From contig JBAYLE010000001.1 in NCBI GenBank assembly GCA_041664225.1, positions 132,939-196,938 on the forward strand: a stretch of DNA of 64,000 bases, in the 5' to 3' direction. Below the pieces are notes generated by a model. That model did not search any database, was not told where the DNA came from, and worked only from the letters and a program-made list of their open reading frames with translations. Below are positions 1-9,051 of the stretch, in pieces. How positions within the stretch are numbered: position 1 is the first letter of the stretch; each line of letters begins with the position of its first letter. The translations under genes were made by a program, and so were the position numbers. The DNA is from Parcubacteria group bacterium (lineage in GTDB: Bacteria > Patescibacteriota > Minisyncoccia > Moranbacterales > UBA2206).

Positions 1-177
1 TGAAGGAATTGTCTGCGGAAGAAGTAAATGTGTTAGCCAAACTTCCTTCGAAAGAGGAATTGCTGGCAAAATTGGTAGGAACATTGAATGCGCCAGTTTC
101 CGGATTCGTCAATGTTATGGCTGGAAATTTGAGAGGATTGGTCAATGTTCTCAAGGCAGTTGTGGATGCTAAATAAG
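1..177 (+). CDS. rplJ: 50S ribosomal protein L10, C-terminal fragment (5' end outside window)
   Basis: Frame 3 reads ...[57 protein letters not shown]. It sits directly upstream of rplL, the canonical L10-L7/L12 arrangement. Confidence 0.6.
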
Positions 178-214
178 CTTAATTAGTAATTTTTTAATAA
201 ATTAATCAAAAAAT

Positions 215-622
215 ATGACAGAAGAAAAAAAGGAAGTTGTAGTTCCGGAAAAATTCCAGAAGCTTGTTTCTGAAATTGAGAAAATGAGCGTTTTGGAACT
301 TTCTGAGCTAGTGAAAGTTCTGGAAGAAAAATTCGGCGTAAGCGCGGCCGCTCCGATGATGATGGGAGCAATGCCAGCTGCTGCCGGCGAAGCTGCTGCT
401 GTTGAGGAAAAGAGCGAGTTTGATGTTGAAGTTGTCAATTGTGGCGCTTCTAAGATCAATGTTATCAAGGTGGTGCGTGAAGTGACCGGACTGGGACTCA
501 AAGATGCCAAAGATTTGGTTGATGCCGCTCCAAAGGTAATCAAGGAAAAAGTTTCCAAGGCTGACGCTGAAGCGATGAAAAAGAAATTGGAAGAAGCTGG
601 CGCAACTGTGACTTTGAAATAA
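215..622 (+). CDS. rplL: 50S ribosomal protein L7/L12
   Basis: 135 aa with an Ala-rich hinge ([19 protein letters not shown]) and the C-terminal domain [24 protein letters not shown]...EAGATV typical of L7/L12. Confidence 0.95.
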   Translation: MTEEKKEVVVPEKFQKLVSEIEKMSVLELSELVKVLEEKFGVSAAAPMMMGAMPAAAGEAAAVEEKSEFDVEVVNCGASKINVIKVVREVTGLGLKDAKDLVDAAPKVIKEKVSKADAEAMKKKLEEAGATVTLK

Positions 623-642
623 TATTCCAGATACTTAGAAAA

Positions 643-668
643 CTCTGCTCAAAGCAGAGTTTTCTTTT
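643..668 (+). terminator. Rho-independent terminator after rplL
   Basis: Hairpin ctctgct-caa-agcagag followed by tttTcttttt, 20 nt after the rplL stop. Confidence 0.6.
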
Positions 669-879
669 TATTTCTCTCTTACTTTTTCTTTCCGCAAGAA
701 AAAGTAACAAAAAGAACTCTCAGCCGGACAAAATTTCCAAACAAATTCTGCGCTCGCAAGCTAAAAGTTCACGGCTGCTTCCGCCAGGGACGGAATCAAG
801 GAACTTTTCAAACGCTCGCTCTCTTGAATTTTGGAGAAATTTTGTAGGCTGAATAATTTTTTTATTGGCAATAATAATA

Positions 880-1458
880 TCAACTATCCTTTCTTCTTAA
901 AATTACAGCTATTATGAATAGACCGCTTATCAAAATGGGAAACCAGATTTGGGCCAGCCAGGGCGAAGGAATGAGAAAAAGGATATCTTGATCGGCGAGA
1001 GATGATGGCCAGCGGATAGTCAGCCAGAGAAAGACATAGTAGAAAATATCCCAAAAAGCAAAAACCCACAGAAAAATCGCAATACGTTCACGTAAAGCAG
1101 ACGCTACAATGATGGCAATGGCTACCAGCATGACCACTGTGGCTGCTTCTCGGTAAAGTTCAATGGAAAAAAGGAGGGCTGGGATCCGGTCTATAAGTTC
1201 GGGTTTTTGGTAAAAACTCTGAAAATTTACTGAGTCGAGAAGCATTCCATTTTTGAGAGTTAAAAAACCGGTAGCACTGCGCAAATAAACAACCACGGCT
1301 GCTTCCACGAAACCAAAAGCAATCCCAAAAACGCCTGTGACAAAAAGCATCTTCCAGGAGATGCTCAATCCATTTTTCCACGTAAAATAAGCAATAAAAG
1401 GGGATAGTATAAATAAATTTACCCACCAAGGGCTGGCCAAAAGAGAGAAGTTTTCCAT
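880..1458 (-). CDS. hypothetical integral membrane protein
   Basis: 192 aa with several hydrophobic helices; co-directional with and immediately downstream of the PLD/cardiolipin synthase gene. Confidence 0.55.
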   Translation of the reverse strand: MENFSLLASPWWVNLFILSPFIAYFTWKNGLSISWKMLFVTGVFGIAFGFVEAAVVVYLRSATGFLTLKNGMLLDSVNFQSFYQKPELIDRIPALLFSIELYREAATVVMLVAIAIIVASALRERIAIFLWVFAFWDIFYYVFLWLTIRWPSSLADQDILFLIPSPWLAQIWFPILISGLFIIAVILRRKDS

Positions 1459-1518
1459 ATTTTTATTACAAGCCGTAAAGACTTTTCTTTTTCATGAAAA
1501 TCTATTGTTAACGGATAC

Positions 1519-2607
1519 TTATAAAATTGGACGGAACAGTTTTATCACAGCCAATATCAGATAATCGATAGCTTTCATTTTATATTTTTGCGGGCGAAAC
1601 AGCTCTGCTTCGCTTTTCCACTCGTCAACCGTTTTTCGCAGTTCTGTGATAAGGTCATTTTCTTCAAAAAATATGCCAGCCTCGGCATTTAAGTTGAAAG
1701 ACAGGTAGTCGATATTCTGAGAACCGACCAGGCCGATTTCTTCATCAATGAGCATGATTTTGGCGTGGTTCATAACGGGCGTCAGGAAAAAATTGATGCC
1801 GGTGGGTGAAAGGTTGTACATATAGCGATGGTTGATTCTGTCCACGAAAGGCAAGTCGGTTTTTTTGGGAATAATAATTTCCACTTTGATATTTTTTTTC
1901 ACTGCATTATCCAGTAGGGCAATCAGCCAGCGCGGGGGAGCGAAGTAGGGAGTGACGATACAAATGCTTTTTTTGGCTTGATAAATTTTTTGGCGGTATT
2001 GGTCTTTGAGGGAGTGGATATTTCGAAAGGGCGAGTATTCAACAAGCCAAAAGCGGAATTTAGCGGAAAATAATTTTTCTCGGTATTTTAATATTCTCTT
2101 ATCTTTTCCGCCAGCCATGGCATAGGTGTAGGCGAAAGATTTGATAATTCTTTTGACAACTCGCCCATGAAGGCGCAGCTGCAAATCTTTCCATTGGGAA
2201 AAACTTTTACCGATATTTACCCCTCCTAAAAAGGCCAGCCTCTCATCAACAATCAAAATCTTACGATGGATATGGCGCAACCAATGGCTAAAAAAAATGA
2301 ATTCCACCCCCGCTTCGTGCAGGGCTTTGACGGATTCTTTTTTAAGATCGGAACTGCCAAAAGCGTCGGCGACAATGATAATCTGAACGCCTTCTCGAGC
2401 TTTTTGTTTAAGCTTGCCGATAAAATCATGGCTTCCAGACGTGTCATCCAGAAAAATATACATCTCGATGTAGATGGATTTTTTAGCCTGGTCAATGGCC
2501 TCCAACATCGCGTCCCAGGCCTTCCAAGAAGTTTTATAAAGTCTATATTTCATTGTTTCAAGTATACAATACAATTTTTGTTTTAGCATGTTTCTTGAAA
2601 AATACAA
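1519..2607 (-). CDS. cls: phospholipase D family protein / cardiolipin synthase-like (two HKD motifs)
   Basis: Two HxKxxxxD motifs (HRKILIVDERLAFLGGVNIG and HAKIMLIDEEIGLVGSQNID). The track start is a TTG; the true start may be an internal Met. Confidence 0.8.
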   Translation of the reverse strand: MYFSRNMLKQKLYCILETMKYRLYKTSWKAWDAMLEAIDQAKKSIYIEMYIFLDDTSGSHDFIGKLKQKAREGVQIIIVADAFGSSDLKKESVKALHEAGVEFIFFSHWLRHIHRKILIVDERLAFLGGVNIGKSFSQWKDLQLRLHGRVVKRIIKSFAYTYAMAGGKDKRILKYREKLFSAKFRFWLVEYSPFRNIHSLKDQYRQKIYQAKKSICIVTPYFAPPRWLIALLDNAVKKNIKVEIIIPKKTDLPFVDRINHRYMYNLSPTGINFFLTPVMNHAKIMLIDEEIGLVGSQNIDYLSFNLNAEAGIFFEENDLITELRKTVDEWKSEAELFRPQKYKMKAIDYLILAVIKLFRPIL

Positions 2608-2645
2608 AGAGACACCGTGGTGGTGCCTTTAAAATTCTGCACAAA

Positions 2646-2785
2646 GTTGGGGAGGAGGGATTTTCGCCTTGTCCGCCACGGCGGACTCGTTGTCCTGGGC
2701 AGCGCCAAATGCTCGTTCGCGTTTGTCGGCGTTCGACCGCGCCGCGGCGGCTGGTCTCACTGCTGCCCATTCGAATCCCTCTCAT
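2646..2785. other. GC-rich (~65-70% GC) structured element bounded by inverted copies of the tRNA-Gln 3' end; candidate ncRNA or integration remnant
   Basis: 2646-2662 (GTTGGGGAGGAGGGATT) is identical to 2832-2848, the tRNA-Gln 3' end. 2770-2783 (TTCGAATCCCTCTC) repeats the tRNA T-loop and 3' stem in inverted orientation. The two ends can form a ~9-bp closing helix around internal GC-rich hairpins (GUCCGCC-ACG-GCGGAC; GGGCAGC...GCUGCCC). Confidence 0.3.
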
Positions 2786-2817
2786 AAGAAAAATAAAAAA
2801 GCACTCTTGCGAGCACT
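2786..2817 (-). terminator. Rho-independent terminator downstream of tRNA-Gln (minus strand)
   Basis: Minus-strand hairpin AGUGCUC-GCAA-GAGUGCU (7 bp including G-U pairs, GNRA loop) followed by UUUUUUAUUUUUU. The plus-strand version is much weaker. Confidence 0.5.
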
Positions 2818-2832
2818 TTTTTTATTTTCCTG

Positions 2833-2904
2833 TTGGGGAGGAGGGATTCGAACCCCCGCATGCTAGGACCAAAACCTAGTGCCTTACCGCTTGGCTACTC
2901 CCCA
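2833..2904 (-). tRNA. tRNA-Gln (anticodon TTG)
   Basis: Manual cloverleaf: acceptor UGGGGAG/CUCCCCA, anticodon stem CUAGG/CCUAG with loop UUUUGGU (anticodon UUG), T-arm GGGGG-UUCGAAU-CCCUC, discriminator A. CCA is not encoded. Confidence 0.9.
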
Positions 2905-2909
2905 AAGTA

Positions 2910-4598
2910 TTATTCTTTCACGACCTTGCCACCCATAATTTCCATGGCTGAAGCAAGGAGGGAATTTTGTTCTCCTGGTTTTTCTTCCTTTTTCACTTCT
3001 GTTTTGATGCCAGCTTCTTTATTGGTGACAGTTTTGAGTGTTATTTTCGACCCAAGAATTTTACCAAAAACATCTTCAACCGTCAATCGATTAGCTGGGT
3101 CGTTAAGTTTTTGTTTGTAAAAATCATATGGTGTGGCTAGGGTTATGACATTATTTTCAGCGGAAACAACCTGGCAGCCAAAAAGTAGGGCTTGCAAAGA
3201 ATGGTTAAGTGGCTTAACGGCTTCCAAAATTTTATTCCAATTGCTCTGAACATCATAAGTCAAAATTTGCTTATGATTTTTGTCTGTCGTTTTATTTTCT
3301 GGCTGCTCCATTGTTTCTTGTTTGGCCGAGTCTTTTGAATCTTGGTCATTGTTCGCCGCGGCGGATTGAATTTGTTTAGGATTTAGCCCCGAGTACTCGG
3401 GATCGGATTTAGGATTTTGTATGTTGATATCATTATTTGCAACGCTTTTATTGGATTGTTGCATGTTATATGCTTCATGTTTCATGATAGGAAAGGTATG
3501 CGTTGCTTTGATAATGGCAATTTCCAATGGCAGTTGCGGCAGCATAGATGAAGAAATTTTTCTTTGCGCGTCCATAAAAAGATTAATAGCGATGATTATT
3601 TTTTGTAGCTCGGTCTTTTTTGATTGTTCAATCATTTTTTCAATCTGCTCACTGGTAATTTCATACGCGAAAGAAGACCTGAGTTCCGGGCTGATCTTGA
3701 GGAGCATCAGTTGGCGCAGATAATTGACGAGGGATTTATTGAACACCTCCAGATCATAGCCATCATTCAAAAGATTATTTATTTTTTGAATAGCACCGGT
3801 CGAATCTTGATTGACAATCATCTCAGCAATTTCAAAGGCTTGTGTGCGGTCGGTGGTGCCCAAAATTTCCTCAACTTCTTTGATGGTGATGTTTTTATCT
3901 TCCAGGGCAATAACTTGTCCGAGCAAGGACTCCGCGTCGCGCATTCCGCCTTCGGCACTGAGCGCAATCATTTCCAATGAAGCCACATCAATTTTAATTT
4001 TTTCGTTTTTAGTGATGAGGATCAGTTTTTCGATAATATTTTGTATAGGCAGGCGTGCGAAATCAAAGCGCTGGCAGCGACTCAGGATGGTTTCCGGAAC
4101 TTTGTGGATTTCAGTGGTGGCTAGGATAAAAATAACGTGAGAAGGCGGTTCTTCCAAGGTTTTTAGAAGTGCGTTAAAGGCTCCGGCCGAAAGCATATGT
4201 ACTTCATCGATGATATAGACTTTGTATTTCAACGATGTCGGCGGCATGGCGATTGTCTCGCGCAATTCGCGTATATTGTCCACGCCAGTGTTGGAAGCGG
4301 CGTCGATCTCGATTATGTCTAAGGACCTGCCATCATTTATCATTTTGCAGACTGGGCAAGTTTCACAAGTGATTGCGTCTTTGGTATGCTCGCAGTTTAC
4401 GGTTTTGGCAAAAATCCGGGCGATGGAAGTTTTACCGGTTCCGCGCGGTCCTGTGAAAAGATAGGCTTGACCGACACGATTATTTTTTATGGCATTGGTA
4501 AGTGTTTGAACAATATGGCGCTGTCCAATTATTTCGGAGAAATTTCGGGGGCGATATTTACGGTAAAGGGTTGTTGATTCCATAGTCTTAGATTTCAA
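2910..4598 (-). CDS. dnaX: DNA polymerase III subunit gamma/tau
   Basis: N-terminus LYRKYRPRNFSEIIGQ, Walker A GPRGTGKTS, zinc module CETCPVC, and the SRC motif (ILSRCQRF). Confidence 0.95.
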   Translation of the reverse strand: MKSKTMESTTLYRKYRPRNFSEIIGQRHIVQTLTNAIKNNRVGQAYLFTGPRGTGKTSIARIFAKTVNCEHTKDAITCETCPVCKMINDGRSLDIIEIDAASNTGVDNIRELRETIAMPPTSLKYKVYIIDEVHMLSAGAFNALLKTLEEPPSHVIFILATTEIHKVPETILSRCQRFDFARLPIQNIIEKLILITKNEKIKIDVASLEMIALSAEGGMRDAESLLGQVIALEDKNITIKEVEEILGTTDRTQAFEIAEMIVNQDSTGAIQKINNLLNDGYDLEVFNKSLVNYLRQLMLLKISPELRSSFAYEITSEQIEKMIEQSKKTELQKIIIAINLFMDAQRKISSSMLPQLPLEIAIIKATHTFPIMKHEAYNMQQSNKSVANNDINIQNPKSDPEYSGLNPKQIQSAAANNDQDSKDSAKQETMEQPENKTTDKNHKQILTYDVQSNWNKILEAVKPLNHSLQALLFGCQVVSAENNVITLATPYDFYKQKLNDPANRLTVEDVFGKILGSKITLKTVTNKEAGIKTEVKKEEKPGEQNSLLASAMEIMGGKVVKE

Positions 4599-4667
4599 AT
4601 AATTAAGAGCACCCTTTGGGTACCCCTAATAAGTTGTATTTCTTCACTCATTGTAGCATACAAAAAA

Positions 4668-4689
4668 CCGCTCGAGAAGAGTGGTTTTT
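4668..4689 (-). terminator. probable terminator downstream of the GtrA-like gene (A-run/T-run flanked, near bidirectional)
   Basis: Hairpin ccgctc-gagaa-gagtgg flanked by aaaaaa and ttttt, ~20 nt beyond the stop of the 4706..5359 gene. Confidence 0.4.
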
Positions 4690-4705
4690 GCTACGTAAAA
4701 GCTGG

Positions 4706-5359
4706 TTATTTTTTGAAAACTATAAACTTATAGCCCAGGAAATTCCAAGCTAGTCCGATTATGCTGCCGGCCATGGCTCCTATTAGTGCCCATTGGTCTA
4801 TCCCTAATCCTCCGAACGGATGGATTGCACGGAATACATAAGAGGCCACAATAACATTGATAAGGAATCCAATAATACTAACCACGAAAAATTGTAGAAA
4901 CTCGGTGCTGGCTTTTTTTTCTGAATCAGCTGAAAATGTCCAATATTTGTTCCAATAATAACTGTTGACATTGGCAAGTATGAATGAAACGCTTTTATAG
5001 AATGAATAGGCTGTAAGGCCAACGAAGACGACGACAGAAGATTCAATCTGAAAGAGCGCTCTAAAAATAAAGATCAATAAAGCTAGAATTCCCAGATCAA
5101 CCAGCGTATTAAGCACTCCAATGATTGCAAACTTAGCTATTTGCCAGATAACTGCAATTTTTTTAGAGATATAATAAGCAATTACCAGCCCGAAGGGTGT
5201 AGCGATAATAAAAAAAGGCACAGTTATAAGGGCAAAACGATCAAAAAGTTCAGGCTTGGCTGCTTTCAAAACAGGCAGAAACAAGAGTCCGATTAAGAGG
5301 CCGGCGAGCACGCTGAGGGCGTAATCCTTTTTTGTGACTACGGTTGCATTTGCCTCCAT
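4706..5359 (-). CDS. GtrA family membrane protein (polysaccharide synthesis/translocation associated)
   Basis: The C-terminal half (GVLNTLVDLGILALL...NSYYWNKYWTF...) resembles the GtrA-like fold; multiple TM helices. Confidence 0.5.
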   Translation of the reverse strand: MEANATVVTKKDYALSVLAGLLIGLLFLPVLKAAKPELFDRFALITVPFFIIATPFGLVIAYYISKKIAVIWQIAKFAIIGVLNTLVDLGILALLIFIFRALFQIESSVVVFVGLTAYSFYKSVSFILANVNSYYWNKYWTFSADSEKKASTEFLQFFVVSIIGFLINVIVASYVFRAIHPFGGLGIDQWALIGAMAGSIIGLAWNFLGYKFIVFKK

Positions 5360-5365
5360 ATTTCT

Positions 5366-6133
5366 TTATAGATCAGTTTTATTAAGTTCTTTTTTTAACT
5401 CTTCCAAATCAGGCGCCCATTCGTCAAAAATGGAAGTATCCGGTTTGCTGGTTATGGAGTGGGCGATATTTTCTGTGTCATCGCGCAAACCTTTGTCGTG
5501 GGATAGGTTTTGGCGGAAGGTGTCATTTTCTCTAGCTTTTTGAATGACATTCTCAATAGAACCCCAATCAGAATCAATATCGCGCGGGGTCACTAGCGTT
5601 ACTTCATCTCCTGGCTCTACTTTGAAGTAGGTGATTGATGCCAATAAAACCCGATAGGGCTTGCCATCAGCAATAATAAAATAGTTTCCATCGGTATCCT
5701 GATTAACTATTCCAAGCAGCCTTCTTCTTTCAACCGGTCCGATTTGCTTGTAAATGAAAGAACCTTCTGACGTAATCGTCAGTTTCAACATATCTCCTTC
5801 GATAAGCTTTGATTTAGAAGCGTAATTAGCGGGAACAGGATATTGCTTTCCATCGTTCCCAATCATGATTTGTCCGTCAAAAGTTCCTTCAATGATTTTC
5901 CCATCCTCTCCATCTTCCATCGTTTTTCTTTTCCTTCCGACTTTTTTCTTTCCTTCCAATTGAAGAAGCATGGCTTTCGCGCCTTGGATGGTTTTCTCAG
6001 CGCTTTGGATCATTTCACGCAAAGCCTGAATTTTTTCAGGACTATTTTCGTTTTTTTCTTCGGTCATTTTTGTTTTTTGAATTTGTTTTTGTTTGCTCCC
6101 CATACGGGGAAACTCAACATCTAAATTATACAA
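5366..6133 (-). CDS. hypothetical protein
   Basis: 255 aa, charged N-terminus and a beta-rich middle region, no recognisable motif. Several in-frame Met starts, so the start is uncertain. Confidence 0.45.
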   Translation of the reverse strand: MYNLDVEFPRMGSKQKQIQKTKMTEEKNENSPEKIQALREMIQSAEKTIQGAKAMLLQLEGKKKVGRKRKTMEDGEDGKIIEGTFDGQIMIGNDGKQYPVPANYASKSKLIEGDMLKLTITSEGSFIYKQIGPVERRRLLGIVNQDTDGNYFIIADGKPYRVLLASITYFKVEPGDEVTLVTPRDIDSDWGSIENVIQKARENDTFRQNLSHDKGLRDDTENIAHSITSKPDTSIFDEWAPDLEELKKELNKTDL

Positions 6134-6293
6134 TAGAAACCAAGAACTTGCAAAGCTGTGGATAAGTCTCTTGGCAAGCTTTAATTTGCAATATCAAAAG
6201 GCATTTTCATCTGGGTTTTCTTGTTTTATTTGTATTATGCTATAAAGTAAAAAGACAGTCTGCTGGTTAAAATATGCAGACTGAAGAAAAAGC

Positions 6294-6818
6294 ATGACAG
6301 AAATATTATTGACCACTTTGATCATCATGGTTGTCCTCGCGATTACAATTCCTACACTGTATGGTTTTATGATTGGAGCGCCGATTCTTTTTTCGCCGAA
6401 AAAAGTTATCAAAGAAGTTTCAAGGGTTGTCGAATTCAGGAGGGGAGAAAATTTTTATGATTTGGGCATGGGCAGCGGCAGGTCTCTGATTGCTGCCGAT
6501 AAATTAAATCTGAATGTTACAGGTTTCGAATTGTCTCCTGTTATATATTGGCTTGCAAAATGCAATTTGTTTTTTAGAGGAGTAAAAAAAGCTAATCTAT
6601 GTCTGCGTAATTTTTACAGTCAGGATTTGTCTCAAGCGGATATAGTTTTTTGTTTTTTGACTCCGAAGGCGATGGAAAGATTAAGACCGAAATTTGAAAA
6701 GGAATTGAAGATCGGAACTCGTGTAATTTCTTATGCTTTCAGAATAAATGGTTGGGAGGAATATCAGATTCTGGATTCCGTTCCCCCTGGCAAAATATAT
6801 ATTTATGTGATGGAATAA
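6294..6818 (+). CDS. class I SAM-dependent methyltransferase with N-terminal TM helix
   Basis: Motif I DLGMGSGRSLIAA (GxGxG) after an N-terminal hydrophobic helix; 174 aa. Confidence 0.55.
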   Translation: MTEILLTTLIIMVVLAITIPTLYGFMIGAPILFSPKKVIKEVSRVVEFRRGENFYDLGMGSGRSLIAADKLNLNVTGFELSPVIYWLAKCNLFFRGVKKANLCLRNFYSQDLSQADIVFCFLTPKAMERLRPKFEKELKIGTRVISYAFRINGWEEYQILDSVPPGKIYIYVME

Positions 6819-6824
6819 TTATAT

Positions 6825-6895
6825 CGGGCTGTAGTATACCGGTAGTACGCGTCCATGGGGTGGATGTAGACCGGGTTCGATTCCCGGCAGCCCGA
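6825..6895 (+). tRNA. tRNA-Pro (anticodon GGG)
   Basis: Acceptor CGGGCUG/CAGCCCG, anticodon stem CGUCC/GGAUG with loop AUGGGGU (anticodon GGG), T-arm CCGGG-UUCGAUU-CCCGG. Confidence 0.85.
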
Positions 6896-6908
6896 CAAAG
6901 GTAATTTT

Positions 6909-6981
6909 GCGCTTGTAGCTCAGTGGATAGAGCGTCTGGTTCCGGTCCAGAAGGCCGCAGGTCCGATTCCTGCCAAGCGCA
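6909..6981 (+). tRNA. tRNA-Arg (anticodon CCG)
   Basis: Acceptor GCGCUUG/CAAGCGC, anticodon stem UCUGG/CCAGA with loop UUCCGGU (anticodon CCG), T-arm GCAGG-UCCGAUU-CCUGC. Confidence 0.9.
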
Positions 6982-6994
6982 CTAAAAAAAACAA

Positions 6995-7065
6995 GGGCCT
7001 ATAGTATAGTGGTAGAACGGTACATTCGCATTGTACAGGCGGCGGTTCGATTCCGCCTAGGTCCA
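6995..7065 (+). tRNA. tRNA-Ala (anticodon CGC)
   Basis: Acceptor GGGCCUA/UAGGUCC with the G3:U70 alanine identity pair, anticodon loop UUCGCAU (anticodon CGC), T-arm GGCGG-UUCGAUU-CCGCC. Confidence 0.9.
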
Positions 7066-7090
7066 CAAAATAAATAAAATTTTAAATTTT

Positions 7091-8452
7091 ATGAATAAAA
7101 ATACTACAGAAGCCATTAAAAAAACTTCAAAAATAATTGATGCCTGGCTTCCGCTCAAAATCAAATATGACAACACTCCGGGTTTGTCCGTGGGTATAAC
7201 TTACAAGGGCAAGCTCGTTTATAAGCGAGGTTTCGGCTATGCCGATCAAGAAGCAAAAATTTCTGCAACTTCGAAGACATGTTATCGCATCGCCTCTATT
7301 TCAAAGACATTTACTTCGATTTCCATTTTTCAGCTTGCTGAGAAAAGCAAACTTAGGCTTGACGATAAGGTGGTAAAATACCTTCCATGGTTTAAAGTCG
7401 AGCGTAATAATAAAAATACGGACGGCATAACGATCCGTCAGCTCTTATCCCATACGGCTGGAGTTTTTAGAGACGGCAATTCGCCGCATTGGGAAAATGA
7501 CAAATTCCCAGATCTGGAAAAAATGAAAAAATCAATAGTCGAGGAAATGTTAGTATTTAAAAATCCAGCTAAATTCAAATATTCAAATTTTGGCTTTGCG
7601 ATTTTAGGTAAAGTTATCGAAGCTGCCAGCGGTATGCCGTATGAGCAATATATGCGGGTGAATATATTGGACAAATTAGGAATGAAAAACACAGCTTCTG
7701 ATTTTGATGTAAAATTTGAAAAAAAATTAGCGAAAGGTTATTCCCGTGATGTTCCGGGTGAGAGAAAAAAAATATTTAAAAACACTAGAACCAATGCCTA
7801 TGCTTCTGCCGCGGGTGTTCTTTCCAATGTTGAAGATCTGGCTAAATATATCTCAGCCTGGTCTTCTCATAAAAACGGGTTAGTAAGCGGGAGATCAAAA
7901 AAAGAAATGACGAGAGAATATAGCAGAGCAAGGGGCAAGGACGAATTTTATGGTTTTGGATTTTATGTCAATAGGATAAAGAAAAGAAAAATTGCGGGGC
8001 ATGGCGGGGGATTTCCTGGTTTTGTCACAAAAATAGGACTGGACGTAAAAAATGATATCGGGGTAATTGTTCTTGCAAATACGAATGACAGCGCCGCAGG
8101 TCTCATACATACTGGAATTTTTGAATCTATATATAAATTTCTAGATAGTAAAAATTACTTGACTGGAAGTGAATTGAAAAATGCAAAAAAATATGAAGGT
8201 GTTTATCGTTCGAGGTGGGACGATGCAGTTGTTGTCGGTACGGGTAAAGCCTTAACCGTTTTTGATTCAAAAACTAGTTCTCCTCTTGAAGAAGAAACAT
8301 ATCTTGTTCCAGCTGGTAAAGATAAATTCATCATTAAAACAAAATTTAATTTTGACGCGCCGGGCGAGTTCGCCAGGTTCATGACAAAAAGAGGCGGTAA
8401 AAAAGCCTCGATTTTAGTGTGGGGTTCCACGCCGCATAAAAGGATAAAATAA
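7091..8452 (+). CDS. serine hydrolase, beta-lactamase/D-Ala carboxypeptidase (class C-like) family
   Basis: SxxK (ASISKTF) and YxN (YSNFGF) motifs, plus a C-terminal beta-rich domain. Confidence 0.8.
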   Translation: MNKNTTEAIKKTSKIIDAWLPLKIKYDNTPGLSVGITYKGKLVYKRGFGYADQEAKISATSKTCYRIASISKTFTSISIFQLAEKSKLRLDDKVVKYLPWFKVERNNKNTDGITIRQLLSHTAGVFRDGNSPHWENDKFPDLEKMKKSIVEEMLVFKNPAKFKYSNFGFAILGKVIEAASGMPYEQYMRVNILDKLGMKNTASDFDVKFEKKLAKGYSRDVPGERKKIFKNTRTNAYASAAGVLSNVEDLAKYISAWSSHKNGLVSGRSKKEMTREYSRARGKDEFYGFGFYVNRIKKRKIAGHGGGFPGFVTKIGLDVKNDIGVIVLANTNDSAAGLIHTGIFESIYKFLDSKNYLTGSELKNAKKYEGVYRSRWDDAVVVGTGKALTVFDSKTSSPLEEETYLVPAGKDKFIIKTKFNFDAPGEFARFMTKRGGKKASILVWGSTPHKRIK

Positions 8453-8552
8453 AATTTGACTAATGGTCTAAATCTGCTAAATTACATTCCAGTCAGCATG
8501 CAATGCCATGTAAACAAAAAATAAAACTTGTTCTTGAGGAGGTGAAGAAAAG

Positions 8553-8798
8553 GTGGTTGAAACGATTGAAGAGAAGGTGAAAGAAATCATCGCAAAACAA
8601 CTCGGCGTTAATGCGTCCGATGTTGTGCCTGAAGCATCATTCGTTGAAGCTCTTGGCGCTGATTCACTGGACACAGTGGAACTCGTCATGGCGTTTGAAG
8701 AAGAATTCGGGATTGAGATTCCGGATGAAGACGCAGAGAAAATAGTTACAGTGGGGGGTGCTATCGCGTATATAGCCGATAAAAAGAAACAACAATAA
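8553..8798 (+). CDS. acpP: acyl carrier protein
   Basis: [26 protein letters not shown] phosphopantetheine-attachment motif. GTG start preceded by an AGGAGG RBS. Confidence 0.9.
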   Translation: MVETIEEKVKEIIAKQLGVNASDVVPEASFVEALGADSLDTVELVMAFEEEFGIEIPDEDAEKIVTVGGAIAYIADKKKQQ

Positions 8799-8903
8799 TA
8801 GCGCCTGAATTTTTTGTAGCCGTTAGTGACAATTTTTCAAAAAACACTACACGGCTCTTTTTTTGCCAAAAAGAGAATAAGCTGTGGATAAGTAGAAAGG
8901 ATA

Positions 8904-8928
8904 ATGGCTTAAGCAAGCCATTTTTTTT
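8904..8928 (+). terminator. Rho-independent terminator downstream of acpP
   Basis: Hairpin atggctt-aagc-aagccat followed by tttttttt. Confidence 0.6.
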
Positions 8929-8953
8929 GTTTTCAAAAAGCTTGAGGTTTGTG

Positions 8954-8982
8954 TTGACCGATGTATTGCGGTGGAGTAGAAT
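8954..8982 (+). promoter_or_regulatory. sigma-70-type promoter upstream of mraZ (Pmra candidate)
   Basis: TTGACC - 17 nt - TAGAAT, about 70 nt upstream of mraZ. Confidence 0.5.
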
Positions 8983-8990
8983 AGAGACAA

Positions 8991-9016
8991 GTGATAAAAA
9001 AGTGGGGGAAAGTGGT
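8991..9016 (+). promoter_or_regulatory. putative MraZ operator (three GTG-N direct repeats at a 10-11 bp period)
   Basis: GTGAT..GTGGG..GTGGT at a ~10-11 bp period between the promoter and the mraZ start codon. MraZ proteins are known to bind GTGGG-like direct repeats at a 10-bp period. Confidence 0.3.
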
Positions 9017-9051
9017 AAATTAAAAATAAAACACTTCCCGCCTTTGGTTTT

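Noticed and set aside
202-558. 118-aa minus-strand ORF overlapping rplL
   Set aside because: Antisense to rplL. Ala/Ser/Thr-rich shadow frame with no start context.
2640-2790. SRP RNA, tmRNA, RNase P RNA or riboswitch assignment for the GC-rich block
   Set aside because: None of these was found: the SRP domain IV motif (GGAA tetraloop plus AGCAGC), a tmRNA tRNA-like T-arm/acceptor pairing, RNase P CR-I/CR-V, or any riboswitch core. It is too short for tmRNA or RNase P. Left as an unclassified structured element.
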